Source: a virus (taxonomy: Duplodnaviria; Caudoviricetes). From it: a DNA stretch of 64,000 nucleotides. Under the pieces are notes generated by a model, which was given only the letters and a program-made list of their open reading frames with translations, searched no databases and had not been told where the DNA came from. Positions 35,990 to 48,597 of the stretch are shown one piece after another. The stretch's first letter is position 1. Each line of letters opens with the position of its first letter. The DNA lies in IMG/VR virus record IMGVR_UViG_2671180244_000004, positions 32,001 to 96,000 of that record; one strand, written 5' to 3'. The position numbers and the translations under genes are program-made.

Positions 35990-38500
35990 TTGGGGAGAAA
36001 AACAAATGATTTAAGCAAACAAGTGTTTATTTACAGTCTCGATACTTCGAGTTTTTATAATGATCGGGAAAATTTATTACATAGAAAGATTTTAAAGTCT
36101 TATAGATATAGAGATTTGCTTAAAACACATAATGGGGATACCAAAAAAAATAAGAAATACATAAAAAACAGAATCGCTAAATTAAAACAGGAGTTAAATC
36201 AAGCCTTCAGTGAACATGAAAGTGTACGAATGCTTAGAGCTGACACGTTAACTGACAATAAAAAGATCGCTATGTTTGATTCAGTTATGACTCGCACCCT
36301 GGGTATAAAAGAAAACAATTTTTCTGATGATGTAATTGTGGTTCAGGTTTACCACTTTCAGGTGTTCAAGAGTATTCTTGATAAGGGTTTTGTACATAAT
36401 AATGAACTTTATGTTTACTTTACAAGTTCAGCAGGACAAATCAGAACTAAAAAAGCTTGTTTTATTAAGAAATCTACATATGATAAATACCAAAATACTT
36501 TAACTTGTGGCCTAAGTCTTCAAGAAATTAATTCTAAAGGCGGCATGAATATAAACAAGTGGAATGCCTATCTAGCTTTATCGAATAGTGCAAGCAGCCA
36601 ATGGGATATTGATATAAGTAAAACTGTTGTTGTTGATGACTTAGAGACTAATGTAATGAGTGAAGTTGATTACATTGATAGAAATACATATGAGATTACT
36701 AGAAAGAAAATGAATATCCCTATTGAGCATACTGATGGTTGTGGGATTATATCACCTAAGCTCAGTAGTAAAAGCTTTATGGTCAGACTGCCGTGGGTTA
36801 AAGGATTGTTAGTGCCCTTCGACTTTCATCGTTTTGCAGAAATACATAATAAGAAACAAATTACAGATATATATGGTAAGGTGTGGGATATTAAGAAAGA
36901 TGATATCCAGATTATTTTCACTAAATCACAATTTAAGATGTGGAAATATTATAAGTCCTGGAGCGATTATCAAGAAAAGTTTGTTTTGCACGGTTGCCTA
37001 GGTGCAAAATTAAACGAAGAAGACCCTTCTGTTGAAGGCAAGCTTACATATCAAATGCTTCAAACTCTTACTGATATTACACATGAAGAGCTCAAGTTTA
37101 TTAGTAACAAAACTGTTGAGGAAATAAAAGCTATTGGGAATGATAAAGATGTAATGTTGAAAATTATGGGGGCTACTGAGAATCGAAAATTCAGATCGCC
37201 ATTACAAAATGCATTACTCCTCTATCCTCAGCTATTGAATGATGATCATGTCAAAGAAACCATTAAGAATAAGAAAAAGAGTCTTGTTAAAGACGCAAAA
37301 TCAGGCAAGCTGCAGGTTGAAAAGTCCAAGTACACATATCTATGCCCTGATTTATACGCATTTTGCGAAAAACTGTTTCTCGGTATCGATAAGCCAAGTG
37401 GATTATTGAATGGCAGCAATGTCTATTGTTCGTTATATGACGAAGGAGAAATTGACGTTCTTCGCTCCCCTCACCTTTATAGAGAACATGGGATAAGAAA
37501 TAATGTGAGAAGTAAGTTGTTAGAAGAATGGTTTATTACTAAAGGAGTTTATACAAGCGTGCATGATCCAATCTCAAAGTTGTTGCAGTTTGACAATGAT
37601 GGAGATAAAGCACTTATCATATCAGATCCCCACTTTGTTGAAATTGCAAAGAGACATGTAACCGACATCGTTCCCCTTTATTATGAAATGGGTGTTGCAA
37701 ACAAACAGATGATTAACAGTGAAAATCTCTATGAATCTCTAACAAATGCCTATGCAGTTAATATTGGCGAGTATAGTAACAATATAACGAAGATTTGGAA
37801 CAGTTCTTCAGTTAATATTGATGTTATCAAATGGCTATGCGCTGAAAATAACTTCGCTATTGACTATGCAAAGACGTTGTTTATGCCTACAAGACCAGAA
37901 AATGTTGACAAACAAATTAAAAATTACATAAAAGACAAAGTACCTTTCTTTTTTGTTCATGCTAAAGATAAGGATATCTCTTCTGTGCAGCCTATTAATG
38001 AGAGTACAGTAAATAAACTAGAAGAAATCATTCCAACTGATAGGATTAATTTCAAGGCTGTTGCTGGACATTTCGACTACAATTTTCTGTTGAAAAACAA
38101 ACGCATTAAAGAAGATGAAGAATTGGTTAATGAATACATAAAGCTTGATCGCAATAAAAAATGGCTTACTAATAATGAAGAAACTAAACCAAATCAGAAA
38201 TTATACGTGTATAAGCTCATTAGAGAAAAGCTGCTTGAAATAAACAGTGTTGAACAGTATGTGGTGGATGTTCTTGTAAAACATCTATATAAGAAGAAAA
38301 GCAGATACAAGGCCACCTTGTGGGAATGTTTTGGCGATGTGATTCTATCCAATCTCCAAAATAATTTAAAATCACACATGCCATGCCAGAAATGCGGCGT
38401 TATGATTAAAACATCTTCACGAAAAACCAAGTACTGTGTAAAGTGTGCAAAGGTAGAAAAAAACACTTTAAATAAAAAATACTATCATTTAGGAAAATAG
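35990..38500 (+). CDS. yonO: single-subunit two-barrel RNA polymerase YonO
   Basis: 836 aa; HTDGCG, RSPH and catalytic QFDNDGD. Confidence 0.93.
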   Translation: MGRKTNDLSKQVFIYSLDTSSFYNDRENLLHRKILKSYRYRDLLKTHNGDTKKNKKYIKNRIAKLKQELNQAFSEHESVRMLRADTLTDNKKIAMFDSVMTRTLGIKENNFSDDVIVVQVYHFQVFKSILDKGFVHNNELYVYFTSSAGQIRTKKACFIKKSTYDKYQNTLTCGLSLQEINSKGGMNINKWNAYLALSNSASSQWDIDISKTVVVDDLETNVMSEVDYIDRNTYEITRKKMNIPIEHTDGCGIISPKLSSKSFMVRLPWVKGLLVPFDFHRFAEIHNKKQITDIYGKVWDIKKDDIQIIFTKSQFKMWKYYKSWSDYQEKFVLHGCLGAKLNEEDPSVEGKLTYQMLQTLTDITHEELKFISNKTVEEIKAIGNDKDVMLKIMGATENRKFRSPLQNALLLYPQLLNDDHVKETIKNKKKSLVKDAKSGKLQVEKSKYTYLCPDLYAFCEKLFLGIDKPSGLLNGSNVYCSLYDEGEIDVLRSPHLYREHGIRNNVRSKLLEEWFITKGVYTSVHDPISKLLQFDNDGDKALIISDPHFVEIAKRHVTDIVPLYYEMGVANKQMINSENLYESLTNAYAVNIGEYSNNITKIWNSSSVNIDVIKWLCAENNFAIDYAKTLFMPTRPENVDKQIKNYIKDKVPFFFVHAKDKDISSVQPINESTVNKLEEIIPTDRINFKAVAGHFDYNFLLKNKRIKEDEELVNEYIKLDRNKKWLTNNEETKPNQKLYVYKLIREKLLEINSVEQYVVDVLVKHLYKKKSRYKATLWECFGDVILSNLQNNLKSHMPCQKCGVMIKTSSRKTKYCVKCAKVEKNTLNKKYYHLGK

Positions 38501-38723
38501 AAAGTGTCTTGAGCCTTAGAGCCACAAGGGATACAGCGTTTTTGTGCAAAATAATCTCTAATAAAAAGTGGCTTCGACCTTACAGCCACAAGGGTTTAGA
38601 CCCCTTTTGGAGATAATCGTCATAAGGGAGGTAAAAAGCAAATATCCAAATTAAAAAGGTTAGTATATCTCCCCTCCCCATTTTTTAAAATACAAATAAC
38701 ATACATAAAACGGAGGAATTATA

Positions 38724-38999
38724 ATGAATAAAACAGAATTAGTATCAGCGGTGGTTGAAGCAACAGGATTAGCAAAGAAGGAAGTTGTAACAGTTGTTGA
38801 AGCAACATTAGATGCAATTGAATCTACTCTTAAAGAAGAAGGCCAAGTTAAGATCGCTGGGTTTGGCACATTTGAAGTAGCTACTCGTGCTGCACGCAAG
38901 GGTCGCAACCCTCAAACAGGTGAAGAAATTGAAATTCCTGAAACTAAAGCACCGAAGTTTAAAGCTGCTAAAGCCCTTAAAGATGCTGTAAAAGGTTAA
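38724..38999 (+). CDS. hupN: HU-like DNA-binding protein
   Basis: MNKTELV, GFGTF, RKGRNPQTGE. Confidence 0.95.
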   Translation: MNKTELVSAVVEATGLAKKEVVTVVEATLDAIESTLKEEGQVKIAGFGTFEVATRAARKGRNPQTGEEIEIPETKAPKFKAAKALKDAVKG

Positions 39000-39790
39000 T
39001 TTATTTATTTAAATACCATATATAGACCATCTTGGTTTTTAAGTTGAATGGCTTATGTCTTCCACGAAGAGGTAGGAGTCTTCGTGATCGACTAATGATT
39101 ATTAATAGAATAATAGTCATTAGTGGGTTGACTACCCTGTACAACTTTATTCTCCAAACTGTCTCACTCCCTTTCTTAAGATTGGTCTGGCTCTGTTTAT
39201 AGGAGATGGCTACTCCTGAGTCGGATAATATTCATTTACATAGGTTTGGACTCCCCCTCTTCAATTTATACCAAATGAATATTATCGGGCTTGTAATGCC
39301 AATAAGTCTTCACGCTCAAATGCGACTGTATCCTAGCAGGGGCTTATTATAGGAGGCGTTTCGCTCGAAAATTAAAACTAATTGCGGTGTTGAGCTTCGG
39401 CCTTCACTTAAGGTGATTGGATGCGTCCGATCTTCTTTTAAACTATATTTTCCCAAGCATGTACCTTCTCACACAAGGTAAAGAAAAACCATGCAGAATA
39501 AGAGACTGGCGATCTACACGCAATGTATGTAGATAAGGGCGTGTGACCTGACAAGCGCAACAGAATTTGTCTCAGGAAAGGTTTATTATGGGTCTTACCT
39601 TTCTTTTACTTAATATGATTGATTTCTATAGTGCATAACACTCGGTATCTAAGATGCCATGTCTTATGACAGAGTAGCTATTAATCAATCAATGTTTGAT
39701 TTCACTTGAGTAACTTGCTTCACTGAGTGACTTGCACTTGGTATTGGTACATATAAGAAAAATTATTTTCATATAAAAGGAGGATTATGT

Positions 39791-39952
39791 ATGGATAGAA
39801 CAAAACAAGAAGCTTTTAATGAATTAGTCACCTCGCTTTGCAAACAATGTCAGGAACATGGATTTACATTAAAAGAGCTAGAGCGTATTCCGTCATTGAT
39901 TAAAGATTTTTATTATAGCAACTCCACACCTTACAAGGCTAAAGCTAATTAA
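39791..39952 (+). CDS. small protein (53 aa)
   Basis: RBS AAGGAGG; MDRTKQEAFNELV... Confidence 0.6.
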   Translation: MDRTKQEAFNELVTSLCKQCQEHGFTLKELERIPSLIKDFYYSNSTPYKAKAN

Positions 39953-40332
39953 ACCAAAGATGTACACTTGTCCATGAGGTTTTTAGTGAAAAGACCATCA
40001 AGTAGCGATGGTTTCTCCGCTGGCGGGGAGTTAAAATACGTGCCAGAAAGTGTGTTCCACTAGCTACTATCCTATCGGCTTACTTAGAGTCTGCTGACTA
40101 CAAAGGTTTCTATCGCTGAACCCATAATCAGCGTACCTCCCTATCAAATAAAGATGGGGTTATTTTAGTTAGTAAATTCCTTCGGGTGTTTCCCCAGCAC
40201 CCTTCCGACATTTCTTCTTTATTGCTTCTTTTCAATCTCTCCTTTTTCGGGTGTTCCAGTGTGTCGGCATTGGGCATCCGAAGGAATTTATTCGGTTTAA
40301 ATAAAAATTACATATATTTTGGAGGTTTTATA

Positions 40333-40524
40333 ATGGCAAGTAAACAGACTGTCACTGTTGATTTAAAAGGTATTTTTGATATGGACGTTATGGAAGTTGT
40401 TGAGCAAACTAGAGAATCTGAAAAAAATCCGTATGACCTAAAAGAAATTTTATCTAAATTTAACGGAAAACAGGTAAGTATCTCCATCAAAGAAGTTAAT
40501 GAGCTTCCTGTTAAGTATGAGTAA
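40333..40524 (+). CDS. yonK: YonK family protein
   Basis: 63 aa from MASKQ, RBS GGAGG. Confidence 0.8.
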   Translation: MASKQTVTVDLKGIFDMDVMEVVEQTRESEKNPYDLKEILSKFNGKQVSISIKEVNELPVKYE

Positions 40525-40538
40525 AGGTTGGTGAATTA

Positions 40539-41759
40539 ATGATTGATCCAATTAAATTGAAACGTCACTCTGATGAAAATTTGAAGCAGTGGAAACTTCG
40601 GATTTGCGAGAACTATAAGGAATATGGTCTTAGTAACTGGAATGAAGTCGCTGATGTGATTAACAAGGAAACTGGTGACAAAAAAGGTGAATCGGCTTAT
40701 CGTAAATGGTTTACTAACTTCAATGAAGGTCGTGACTATCAAAAAGAAGTTGTCGCTGAAGAAAACGGAGCAATTGTTGAACTTGAACTGAAGAAAATTG
40801 AAGTGATGGAAGAACGGAAAAAGCTTCAAGCTATGAAGAATGAAATCCACAAAAAAACGAGGATCAAAGGCAGAAATGAATTAATGTACGAACATGTTAC
40901 TGCTGCTATTGAGAATCAACCTTCTCTCCCTCTCCCCTCTTTCAAAGTATTACAACCCAACCACAAACAAAGAGCTGCGATCTTAGGTTTTGGAGACGAG
41001 CACTTTGGTAAAGAATTCAAAAGTTTGAATAATGAATACAACGAACAAATCTACCTTGAAAGAATGGCTCAGCTATTAAGTGACACGGTTGAATGTATTC
41101 AAAAAGAGTCCTTAAATGAACTCGTGGTCTTAAATGGTGCTGATAGTGTTGAAGGTATGGCTTTACGTGTTTCTCAATTAACGCCTTTGCAATATGGCTT
41201 TATGGATCAAGTAATTAAATATTCACGTTACAAAGTTGAGTGGCTAAAAGAGCTATCTAAATATGTGAAGATTAAATACATACATATCCCCTCTGCTAAC
41301 CACACAGAACTAAGACTACATGGGACAAGTCGTGGTGAAATGCCTAAAGAAGATGTTGAACGCATTATTGCAACATACATTCATGACATGCTACAAGAAA
41401 ACAATCGAATTGAAGTACCGCTTTATGATGATGGCATTGTTGATTTTAATTTACTAGAGTTTGAGATTGTTGCTTGTCATGGACATCAGATTAAGAATAA
41501 AAAGAATGCTATACGTGATCTTTCACAGCTGAAAAGAAAATTCTATGACTATATGTATATTTCACATTTCCATCATGGGAACATGCTGACTGTTGGTGAA
41601 GCAGCTGGTCATAACGTACAAGTGATCCAACTCCCTTCTGTGATGGGATCAGATGAGTATAGTGACAGCTTAATGACTGGTGCAAAAGCTGGTGCTAACC
41701 TAACGATATTCGAATCTGGCAAAGGAAGAACAATTCAGTACGATTACATACTTAATTAA
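40539..41759 (+). CDS. yonJ: metallophosphoesterase-like YonJ
   Basis: GDEHFG, ANH, CHGH, SHFHH motifs; 406 aa. Confidence 0.82.
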   Translation: MIDPIKLKRHSDENLKQWKLRICENYKEYGLSNWNEVADVINKETGDKKGESAYRKWFTNFNEGRDYQKEVVAEENGAIVELELKKIEVMEERKKLQAMKNEIHKKTRIKGRNELMYEHVTAAIENQPSLPLPSFKVLQPNHKQRAAILGFGDEHFGKEFKSLNNEYNEQIYLERMAQLLSDTVECIQKESLNELVVLNGADSVEGMALRVSQLTPLQYGFMDQVIKYSRYKVEWLKELSKYVKIKYIHIPSANHTELRLHGTSRGEMPKEDVERIIATYIHDMLQENNRIEVPLYDDGIVDFNLLEFEIVACHGHQIKNKKNAIRDLSQLKRKFYDYMYISHFHHGNMLTVGEAAGHNVQVIQLPSVMGSDEYSDSLMTGAKAGANLTIFESGKGRTIQYDYILN

Positions 41760-41803
41760 TCATTACTTATAGGGTTGCGACCAATCGCTACAAAGGAGAA
41801 AAA

Positions 41804-42193
41804 ATGAAAACTATTGAATTTGTCAAAAAAAGTATCGCTGATACAATTCTTGAAATCGAGCATAAGTTCAATGAAAAGAAACTTCCGTATGTAGAGATTA
41901 AAACATTAGTTAAATCTGCAAAAGAATTTGCTTCAGTATTAAATCCCTCTTTAAATGTTGAGCAAAGAATGAAGCATTCTGATTTTCTCAATGCAACTTT
42001 AGAAAAGCTATGTAAAATTGAAATTGATCTACAAATCTCTATAGCAAATTCCCTATCAAAAAAAGATTATAAGGCTCACTTTGCCCTCTCTAATACTTAT
42101 AAAGATGTCGTTGAACTTAAAAAACAACTTTATGTACCTATTGTCTTTGAAACTGGTGGATGGAGTAAGTGTAATTTAGTTAGTTTGCTATAA
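41804..42193 (+). CDS. hypothetical protein
   Basis: 129 aa, RBS AAGGAG. Confidence 0.7.
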   Translation: MKTIEFVKKSIADTILEIEHKFNEKKLPYVEIKTLVKSAKEFASVLNPSLNVEQRMKHSDFLNATLEKLCKIEIDLQISIANSLSKKDYKAHFALSNTYKDVVELKKQLYVPIVFETGGWSKCNLVSLL

Positions 42194-42207
42194 AACTTTG
42201 ATTTTAA
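42190..42207. repeat. 18-bp boundary palindrome
   Basis: ATAAAA-CTTTGA-TTTTAA; contains the stop of 41804-42193. Confidence 0.75.
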
Positions 42208-42232
42208 CTTAAACTTATGATGAGGATGATGA

Positions 42233-42820
42233 ATGATGATTGAGAACCAAAGCAAAGACCATATTGAATTCTTGCGTGAACACTTGGGAATTCTAACTAG
42301 ACTAAAGGAAACTGGATATAGATGTGACCGTGAAATCAATGATGTTCTATCAAAATTACATGGAATTGTTTTTAAACAAAAACCTACCATTAGATTAGGT
42401 GACAATAGCTTTGTCTCCAATGGAGGAAAAGCAACAGATAAGCTCCGATTTGGTTTAGTGGACTCTGAATTAAATAAGAGGTTTAGGGAAGCACAGCCAG
42501 CATTGGCACAAGTTAATGCTAAAGATGACAGAGGCAAAGGTAAAACCACTATTCTTTTCAATTGCTGCTACGATGATAGTGCGTTGATTGTGGTGGGAAA
42601 TTTAACTATCGCTAAATTATATCGTGAATTATACCGAGTTCTTCTTGAGAAAAATGGTGTTTTTCAGCTCAAAGGAACAGCTGAATACATTCTAACAGTT
42701 GATCAGCTTAATGGTAGAAAAGGCAACGCTTATATTGATGAATCCGTCAGTGAAAAACAACTACAGATTATCAAAGAGAATCAAAATATTGAAATTTTAG
42801 GCGGATTCTATACTGCTTAA
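42233..42820 (+). CDS. hypothetical protein with P-loop-like segment
   Basis: RGKGKTT and YIDE motifs. Confidence 0.65.
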   Translation: MMIENQSKDHIEFLREHLGILTRLKETGYRCDREINDVLSKLHGIVFKQKPTIRLGDNSFVSNGGKATDKLRFGLVDSELNKRFREAQPALAQVNAKDDRGKGKTTILFNCCYDDSALIVVGNLTIAKLYRELYRVLLEKNGVFQLKGTAEYILTVDQLNGRKGNAYIDESVSEKQLQIIKENQNIEILGGFYTA

Positions 42821-42896
42821 ACACATTTTTAGAGCGCCTAGTTGATCTGGGCGTTTCGTAAGATGTGTTTTTATTTTTTATTGGAGGTGAGCAAAA

Positions 42897-43820
42897 ATGG
42901 CAGTTAGTAAATTGACATGCACGTGCTGCGGAAAAGAGCAAAGTACAATACAATTCTATAAATCTGAGTCACCCTTTAACAAAAACTCAGGGAAAATAAG
43001 TGTTTGTAAATCATGTTTACAGCAAGAATTCAAAAAGTCACCTGAAGACATTAAACACGTACAGAGTATCTTTCGAATGATTGACAGACCATTCATCTAT
43101 GATATTTGGATGTCTTCTCAAGAAGAGGCTAAATTAAAGAGTAAAAGTAATCAATTGAATGTTTTTGGTACTTATATGAAGAACATCGGTATGAAGGATT
43201 TCATTGCTAAGAATTGGTCAGACAGTGAATACGACGCAGAAGAACAAGACGAGTACACTAAACAGCTCTTGTTATCAAAAAGTGATAGTGATATATCCGA
43301 ACAAGATATTCAAGAATTGATTCACTTTTGGGGACGTGGTTTAGATTATGAAGACTACGTTTGGCTTCAAAATGAATATGTCGACTTTACTAATCGCTAC
43401 GAATGCGACTCTAAAGGTATGGAGCTATTAATAAGTCAGATATGTATGACAATGCTTGACATTAGAAAACGCAGAGAAAATGGAGAAAAAGTTGACCAAC
43501 AGCAGAAAACACTACAAGACCTACTCGGCTCAAGTAACCTAAAGCCTGTTCAAGAAACTGGAGCAAACGGGGCTGAACAAGAAACTTTCGGGACACTTCT
43601 TAAAAAATATGAGAATGAAAGACCTGTTCCTGAACCTGAAGAACGATGGAAAGACCCTGATAAAATTTCAAAATACATAAAGGTTTTCTTTTTAGGACAT
43701 CTATCTCGTATGTTAGGCGTTAATAATAAGTATGCGGATGAATATTGGGAAGAAATCGATCAGCTTACAGTAAATGAACCAATTGAAGAAGATGAGGAAA
43801 ATTCTGATGGCCTCAATTAA
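42897..43820 (+). CDS. yonG: YonG, probable terminase small subunit
   Basis: 307 aa, Zn-finger N-terminus, upstream of terL. Confidence 0.7.
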   Translation: MAVSKLTCTCCGKEQSTIQFYKSESPFNKNSGKISVCKSCLQQEFKKSPEDIKHVQSIFRMIDRPFIYDIWMSSQEEAKLKSKSNQLNVFGTYMKNIGMKDFIAKNWSDSEYDAEEQDEYTKQLLLSKSDSDISEQDIQELIHFWGRGLDYEDYVWLQNEYVDFTNRYECDSKGMELLISQICMTMLDIRKRRENGEKVDQQQKTLQDLLGSSNLKPVQETGANGAEQETFGTLLKKYENERPVPEPEERWKDPDKISKYIKVFFLGHLSRMLGVNNKYADEYWEEIDQLTVNEPIEEDEENSDGLN

Positions 43821-45576
43821 CAACTTCAAACCAGATAGCCACAAAAGAACCAAAGGTATAAACATTTTTAAAAAGACAAGACACTTTGAAAAGAAAACAA
43901 AGTCTGAAAGATTGATGGAAGGTATTGGAGTTTGGGCATCATTTTATAGAGCCAATCCTCATCGCTTTGTCAGAGAGTATTTAGGTATCACTCTGAAGTT
44001 GTTCCAATGTATCTTGATCTATATGATGGTTCATAATCACTATCTTATGTATCTTGCGAGTCGAGGTCAGGGAAAAACTTGGCTAACCTCAGTGTACTGT
44101 TGTGTTCAGGCTATCCTATTCCCTGGCACAAAAATTGTTATTGCCTCTGGGACTAAAGGTCAAGCAAGAGAAGTTATTGAAAAAATAGACGATCTAAGGA
44201 AAGAATCGATAAACCTGAAACGTGAAATATCTGACCTGAGAACTTCTTCTAACGATGCTAGAGTTGAGTTTCATAACGGAAGTTGGATTAAAGTTGTTGC
44301 TTCGAATGATGGGGCACGTTCGAAAAGGGCTAACCTTTTAATTGTTGACGAATTCCGAATGGTTGATTTCGAAATCATTAGTAAAGTTTTGAGGAAATTT
44401 TTAACCGCCCCCCGCTCCCCTCGTTATCTCGAAAAAGAAGAATATCAACATCTAAAGGAACGAAACAAAGAAATATACCTCTCCTCATGTTGGTACAAAG
44501 TTCACTGGTCTTACAATAGGTTTTTAACTTACTTTAATGCAATGATGAAGGGTTCACAGTATTTCGTATGCGGGCTACCATATCAAATCGCTATTAAAGA
44601 AGGCCTTTTAGATAAAGATCAAGTTAAGGATGAAATGTCTGAAGAGGATTTCGATTCTGTTGGTTGGTCAATGGAGATGGAAGCACTGTGGTTTGGTGAA
44701 TCAGAAAAAGCATATTTCAAGTATGAAGATTTAGAGAAAAACAGAAAATTGGCCTCTCCCCTATTCCCTCAAGATTATTATTCTTTGATTAAAGACTCCA
44801 ATTTTAAATATGAGCCGAAAAAACCTGGTGAGATAAGACTTGTATCAAATGATATTGCTACAATCGCTGGCAAAGAAAATGATGCGAGCGTCTATACTGT
44901 ATTTAGATTGTTACCTAATGCTACTGGTTTTGATAGACACATTGTATATATGGAAAGCTTGGTTGGTGGACATACAGGTACACAAGCAACAAGAATACGG
45001 CAATTACAAGAAGACTTCGAATGTGACTATATCGTTTTAGACACTCAAAACGCTGGAATTGGTGTTTATGACGCACTTTGCCAACCTCTTTATGATAAAG
45101 AAAGAGCGAAAGAATACGAGCCTATTTCTTGTATAAATGACGATAAACTAGCAGATCGTTGTACATATCAACATGCCAGCAAAATCATATATAGTATTAA
45201 AGCTTATGGTCAATTGAACAGCGAAATAGCAGTCTTGTTAAAGGATGGATTTAAAAGAGGAAAAATCAAAATGCCTGTTAGTGAAAATGAAGGCAAAGAG
45301 TACATGAAAAAATTCAAAGGATATGACTCATTGCCTGAAGAAACTAAAGCTAAGTTTATATCAAGTTATGCTCAGATAACATTGCTTATCAACGAAATGA
45401 TTAACCTTGAAGCTGAGTATGCAGACAACGGACAGGTCAAGTTAAGGGAGCCTAAAAGTAAAAGAAAAGACAGATATAGCTCTGTTGCCTACGGGAATTA
45501 TATCGCTTCTTTACTTGAACGAAATATGAACAAGAAACATGATTTTGACGAAGAAGATGATTTAGTATATTTCTAA
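43807..45576 (+). CDS. yonF: terminase large subunit
   Basis: [13 protein letters not shown]-terminal KDRYSS nuclease motif; 589 aa from MASIN. Confidence 0.9.
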   Translation: MASINNFKPDSHKRTKGINIFKKTRHFEKKTKSERLMEGIGVWASFYRANPHRFVREYLGITLKLFQCILIYMMVHNHYLMYLASRGQGKTWLTSVYCCVQAILFPGTKIVIASGTKGQAREVIEKIDDLRKESINLKREISDLRTSSNDARVEFHNGSWIKVVASNDGARSKRANLLIVDEFRMVDFEIISKVLRKFLTAPRSPRYLEKEEYQHLKERNKEIYLSSCWYKVHWSYNRFLTYFNAMMKGSQYFVCGLPYQIAIKEGLLDKDQVKDEMSEEDFDSVGWSMEMEALWFGESEKAYFKYEDLEKNRKLASPLFPQDYYSLIKDSNFKYEPKKPGEIRLVSNDIATIAGKENDASVYTVFRLLPNATGFDRHIVYMESLVGGHTGTQATRIRQLQEDFECDYIVLDTQNAGIGVYDALCQPLYDKERAKEYEPISCINDDKLADRCTYQHASKIIYSIKAYGQLNSEIAVLLKDGFKRGKIKMPVSENEGKEYMKKFKGYDSLPEETKAKFISSYAQITLLINEMINLEAEYADNGQVKLREPKSKRKDRYSSVAYGNYIASLLERNMNKKHDFDEEDDLVYF

Positions 45577-45594
45577 AAGAATTGAGGTGAAAAA

Positions 45595-47121
45595 GTGGCA
45601 AAAAAGATCAAACAAGTGGAAATCGAAACTGAAGAACATAAGCAAATGCTGAATGATCTTGAAACATATGCATCTACCTTTGCTACAGGTTTTGTTTCAA
45701 ACTTGTTCTCCAAAGGAATTATAAATGATGTAACAGCTGAACAGCTAAAAGACTATTTCTCTTCTCCTGATGAACATCAAGAAGACATCGAGGATTTAGC
45801 CAACTATTTTTATGTATCCACTGCGGAAATTCATCAGCTTTTTGAACTCATTGAAGCTCTACCTACATTGAATTTCAAAATAGATTCCTTTGAAAACCCT
45901 GAGGCTTCAGAGAGCCATGTTAAAACCATAAAAAAAGTATTACATAAGAATAAGCACAAGCGATTAACTCGGGATTTGATGAAACAAACAGCTGCTTCTG
46001 GCACTTTAATTGGTATTTGGCTAGGTGATAAAAAATCCCCCTACCCCTTCATCTTCGATGGATTGAAATATGTGCAGCCCTCTTATCGTAGAAATGGCGA
46101 ATGGGTATGCACGTTGGATATGAGTTTTTTTGACGGTATTTCAGATAATGATGCCCACCGCAAAGACCTCATTTCGAATTTCCACCCCTATATTACATAT
46201 CAAGATTATCAAAACTTCAAAAAAGATACCGTTCAGTATAAATTTAAAGAGCTTCCTCAACATAGAACATTTTGTCTTAGAACTGGGACTCTTAAGAGAA
46301 ATCAAGGTTTAGGTACATCTTGGGTTGCTCCTGGTCTATATGATGTTCTACATAAGAAAAAACTTAAAGATGTTGAACAATCCATTGCGAATAAAATCAT
46401 TAATGCGGTTGCAGTATTGACAATTGGTACGGATAAAAATAATGGAGATTACAGTAACCAAAAACTTCCTAAGCCTATCAAACAAAAGATTCACTCGGGA
46501 GTAAAGCAAGCACTAGAGAAAAACCAAACTGACGGTGTAACTGTCGTTTCCATCCCAGATTATGCAAGCTTAGACTTTCCTGATGTTAAAACTGACGGGT
46601 TGGATGGCAAAAAATTCGATCATATAAACAACGACATTCAATCTGCATATGGTCTTTCTGGCTCTATGTTAAATGGTGAAGGTGGTAACTATGCAACTTC
46701 TTCATTGAATTTAGACACCTTCTATAAGCGTATTGGAGTTCTTTTAGAAGACATTGAACAAGAAGTGTATCAGAAGCTGTTTAATTTAATTTTGCCGAAG
46801 AGCCAAAGTGACAATTACTATATTGTATATGACAAAGAGAAACCGTTGACTCTCAAAGAGAAGGTTGACTTACTGTTGAAATTAAACGATAAAGGCTGGT
46901 CGATTAAACATGTAGTCGACAATATCCCTGGAGTGTCGTGGGAATCATATTTAGATCAAACACTTCATGAAACAGAAACATTACAACTGCAAGATAAAAT
47001 CAAGCCATACCAAACATCATATACATTCTCAGGTAACGATCCAGGGAATATTTCTGATGACACTTCGACTAATGAAAACACTTTAAAATCAAAATCATCA
47101 GACGGGAACAACACTCCATAG
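45595..47121 (+). CDS. yonE: portal protein
   Basis: 508 aa, directly after terL. Confidence 0.75.
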   Translation: MAKKIKQVEIETEEHKQMLNDLETYASTFATGFVSNLFSKGIINDVTAEQLKDYFSSPDEHQEDIEDLANYFYVSTAEIHQLFELIEALPTLNFKIDSFENPEASESHVKTIKKVLHKNKHKRLTRDLMKQTAASGTLIGIWLGDKKSPYPFIFDGLKYVQPSYRRNGEWVCTLDMSFFDGISDNDAHRKDLISNFHPYITYQDYQNFKKDTVQYKFKELPQHRTFCLRTGTLKRNQGLGTSWVAPGLYDVLHKKKLKDVEQSIANKIINAVAVLTIGTDKNNGDYSNQKLPKPIKQKIHSGVKQALEKNQTDGVTVVSIPDYASLDFPDVKTDGLDGKKFDHINNDIQSAYGLSGSMLNGEGGNYATSSLNLDTFYKRIGVLLEDIEQEVYQKLFNLILPKSQSDNYYIVYDKEKPLTLKEKVDLLLKLNDKGWSIKHVVDNIPGVSWESYLDQTLHETETLQLQDKIKPYQTSYTFSGNDPGNISDDTSTNENTLKSKSSDGNNTP

Positions 47122-47158
47122 CTCTCCCCTTTTTGTCTTTGGAAGGAGGTGAAAATAC

Positions 47159-48580
47159 TTGAAAGACAAACAAAAGAAAATTGATTATAAACTTCAATTG
47201 AATGAAATTAAGGCAAGCGATGATCCATCCAAATTATCTTGCACATTTGTCATTTTTGATTTTGAAAAGTCTCATAATAATACAGTAATTTCAAAAGAAG
47301 TAGCTCTTGAAACAGCCACTACGATTATCAATAAGCCAATTGTAGCAAAATACAATGAGGTTGATTCCATTGGAACAGCAACTGATTCATTTGGGTCTCA
47401 CGAGATGTATTTAAGCACTGATAAACACGGTGATTTAGAGGTGAAGATGGATACCGCAGCAATCGGTGTTTTCACAAGTGAGGGCTACATCATGGAAATG
47501 GTAGGCTCTAACGGAGAAAAGACTGAAGTGCTCGCTGCTGATGCCATTCTATGGAGATCACGTTTTAAAGATGCTTGTGATCTGCTTTTAGAGTGGAATT
47601 CCAGAGGTATAAATGTAAATACGAGTTGCGAACTACTTTATTCAAATTACACATTTAAAGATGGTATTGAATATCTTGAATCGCCTGTTTACTTAGAAGG
47701 TCATGCTATTTTGAACTCTGAAAAACGTGGAGATCAAGACATTGTTTTCCCTGCATATGATTCAAGCAAACTATTGAGTTTTAATGAAAAAAATAAATTT
47801 GAAAAGCTTATTGCACAGGCAATTATCAATGAAAAGGAAGGTGAAAATGTGAGTTTCAAGAAAGTGTTTGAGTTATCCCATGATGATGTTAGATCACTGT
47901 TATACTCCAAGCTAGATCCAGAATTAGGTGAGAATGTTCACTCATATATTTGTGATGTTTATGAAAATTACTTTGTCGTTAACATCGAAGATTACAACGC
48001 AAAGACAGACTCATACTATAAGTACAATTACACAAAAAATGATGACGTTATCGACATCCAATTCGACTCTAAACAAGAAGTGTTCCTTAAGAGAAATTGG
48101 GAAGAAGTTACTCCAGAAGAAGTCACGAATCAGCTTAATGCAAAAGATCAACAAATCAGTGATTTAACTACTAAACTGTCTGCTAAAGAAGATTTAGAAT
48201 CTAAATTCAATAGCGCAAGCGAAAAACTAGTACAGCTTAATCAAACGGTTGAAGAGTTAGCCCCTTTTAAAGAGCAATATGAGAAGGTTCAATTCGAAGC
48301 TCGTTTAAACGAAAAAAGTGAGCATTTCAAAGCCAAATTTAATGCATTGAATGCTTCGGATAAGTTTGAGACTGATGAAGTTCAAACACTTCTATCAGAA
48401 GTAGCGAAACAGGATGAGAATTCTGACAAAGCTCTGTTGCAGTTGAATTCTATTCTAGTTGATTTAGTTTCCACTAATATCTCCCCTACCGAGATCCCCC
48501 CTCTTAGAGAACAATCCAGTATTCGTAAAGAGTTAATTCCAAAAGACGATTCATTTGAAGCAAGATATTTTATTAAATAA
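47159..48580 (+). CDS. yonD: prohead protease/scaffold
   Basis: N-terminal protease-like domain, C-terminal coiled coil; synteny. Confidence 0.7.
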   Translation: MKDKQKKIDYKLQLNEIKASDDPSKLSCTFVIFDFEKSHNNTVISKEVALETATTIINKPIVAKYNEVDSIGTATDSFGSHEMYLSTDKHGDLEVKMDTAAIGVFTSEGYIMEMVGSNGEKTEVLAADAILWRSRFKDACDLLLEWNSRGINVNTSCELLYSNYTFKDGIEYLESPVYLEGHAILNSEKRGDQDIVFPAYDSSKLLSFNEKNKFEKLIAQAIINEKEGENVSFKKVFELSHDDVRSLLYSKLDPELGENVHSYICDVYENYFVVNIEDYNAKTDSYYKYNYTKNDDVIDIQFDSKQEVFLKRNWEEVTPEEVTNQLNAKDQQISDLTTKLSAKEDLESKFNSASEKLVQLNQTVEELAPFKEQYEKVQFEARLNEKSEHFKAKFNALNASDKFETDEVQTLLSEVAKQDENSDKALLQLNSILVDLVSTNISPTEIPPLREQSSIRKELIPKDDSFEARYFIK

Positions 48581-48597
48581 ATGGAGGCAAAATTAAA

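Noticed and set aside
39020-40300. tRNA genes or a group I intron
   Set aside because: No T-loop/cloverleaf or interrupted host gene recognised by eye
40186-40332. N-terminal extension of yonK given in the ORF track
   Set aside because: Runs through a long hairpin; the RBS supports ATG at 40333
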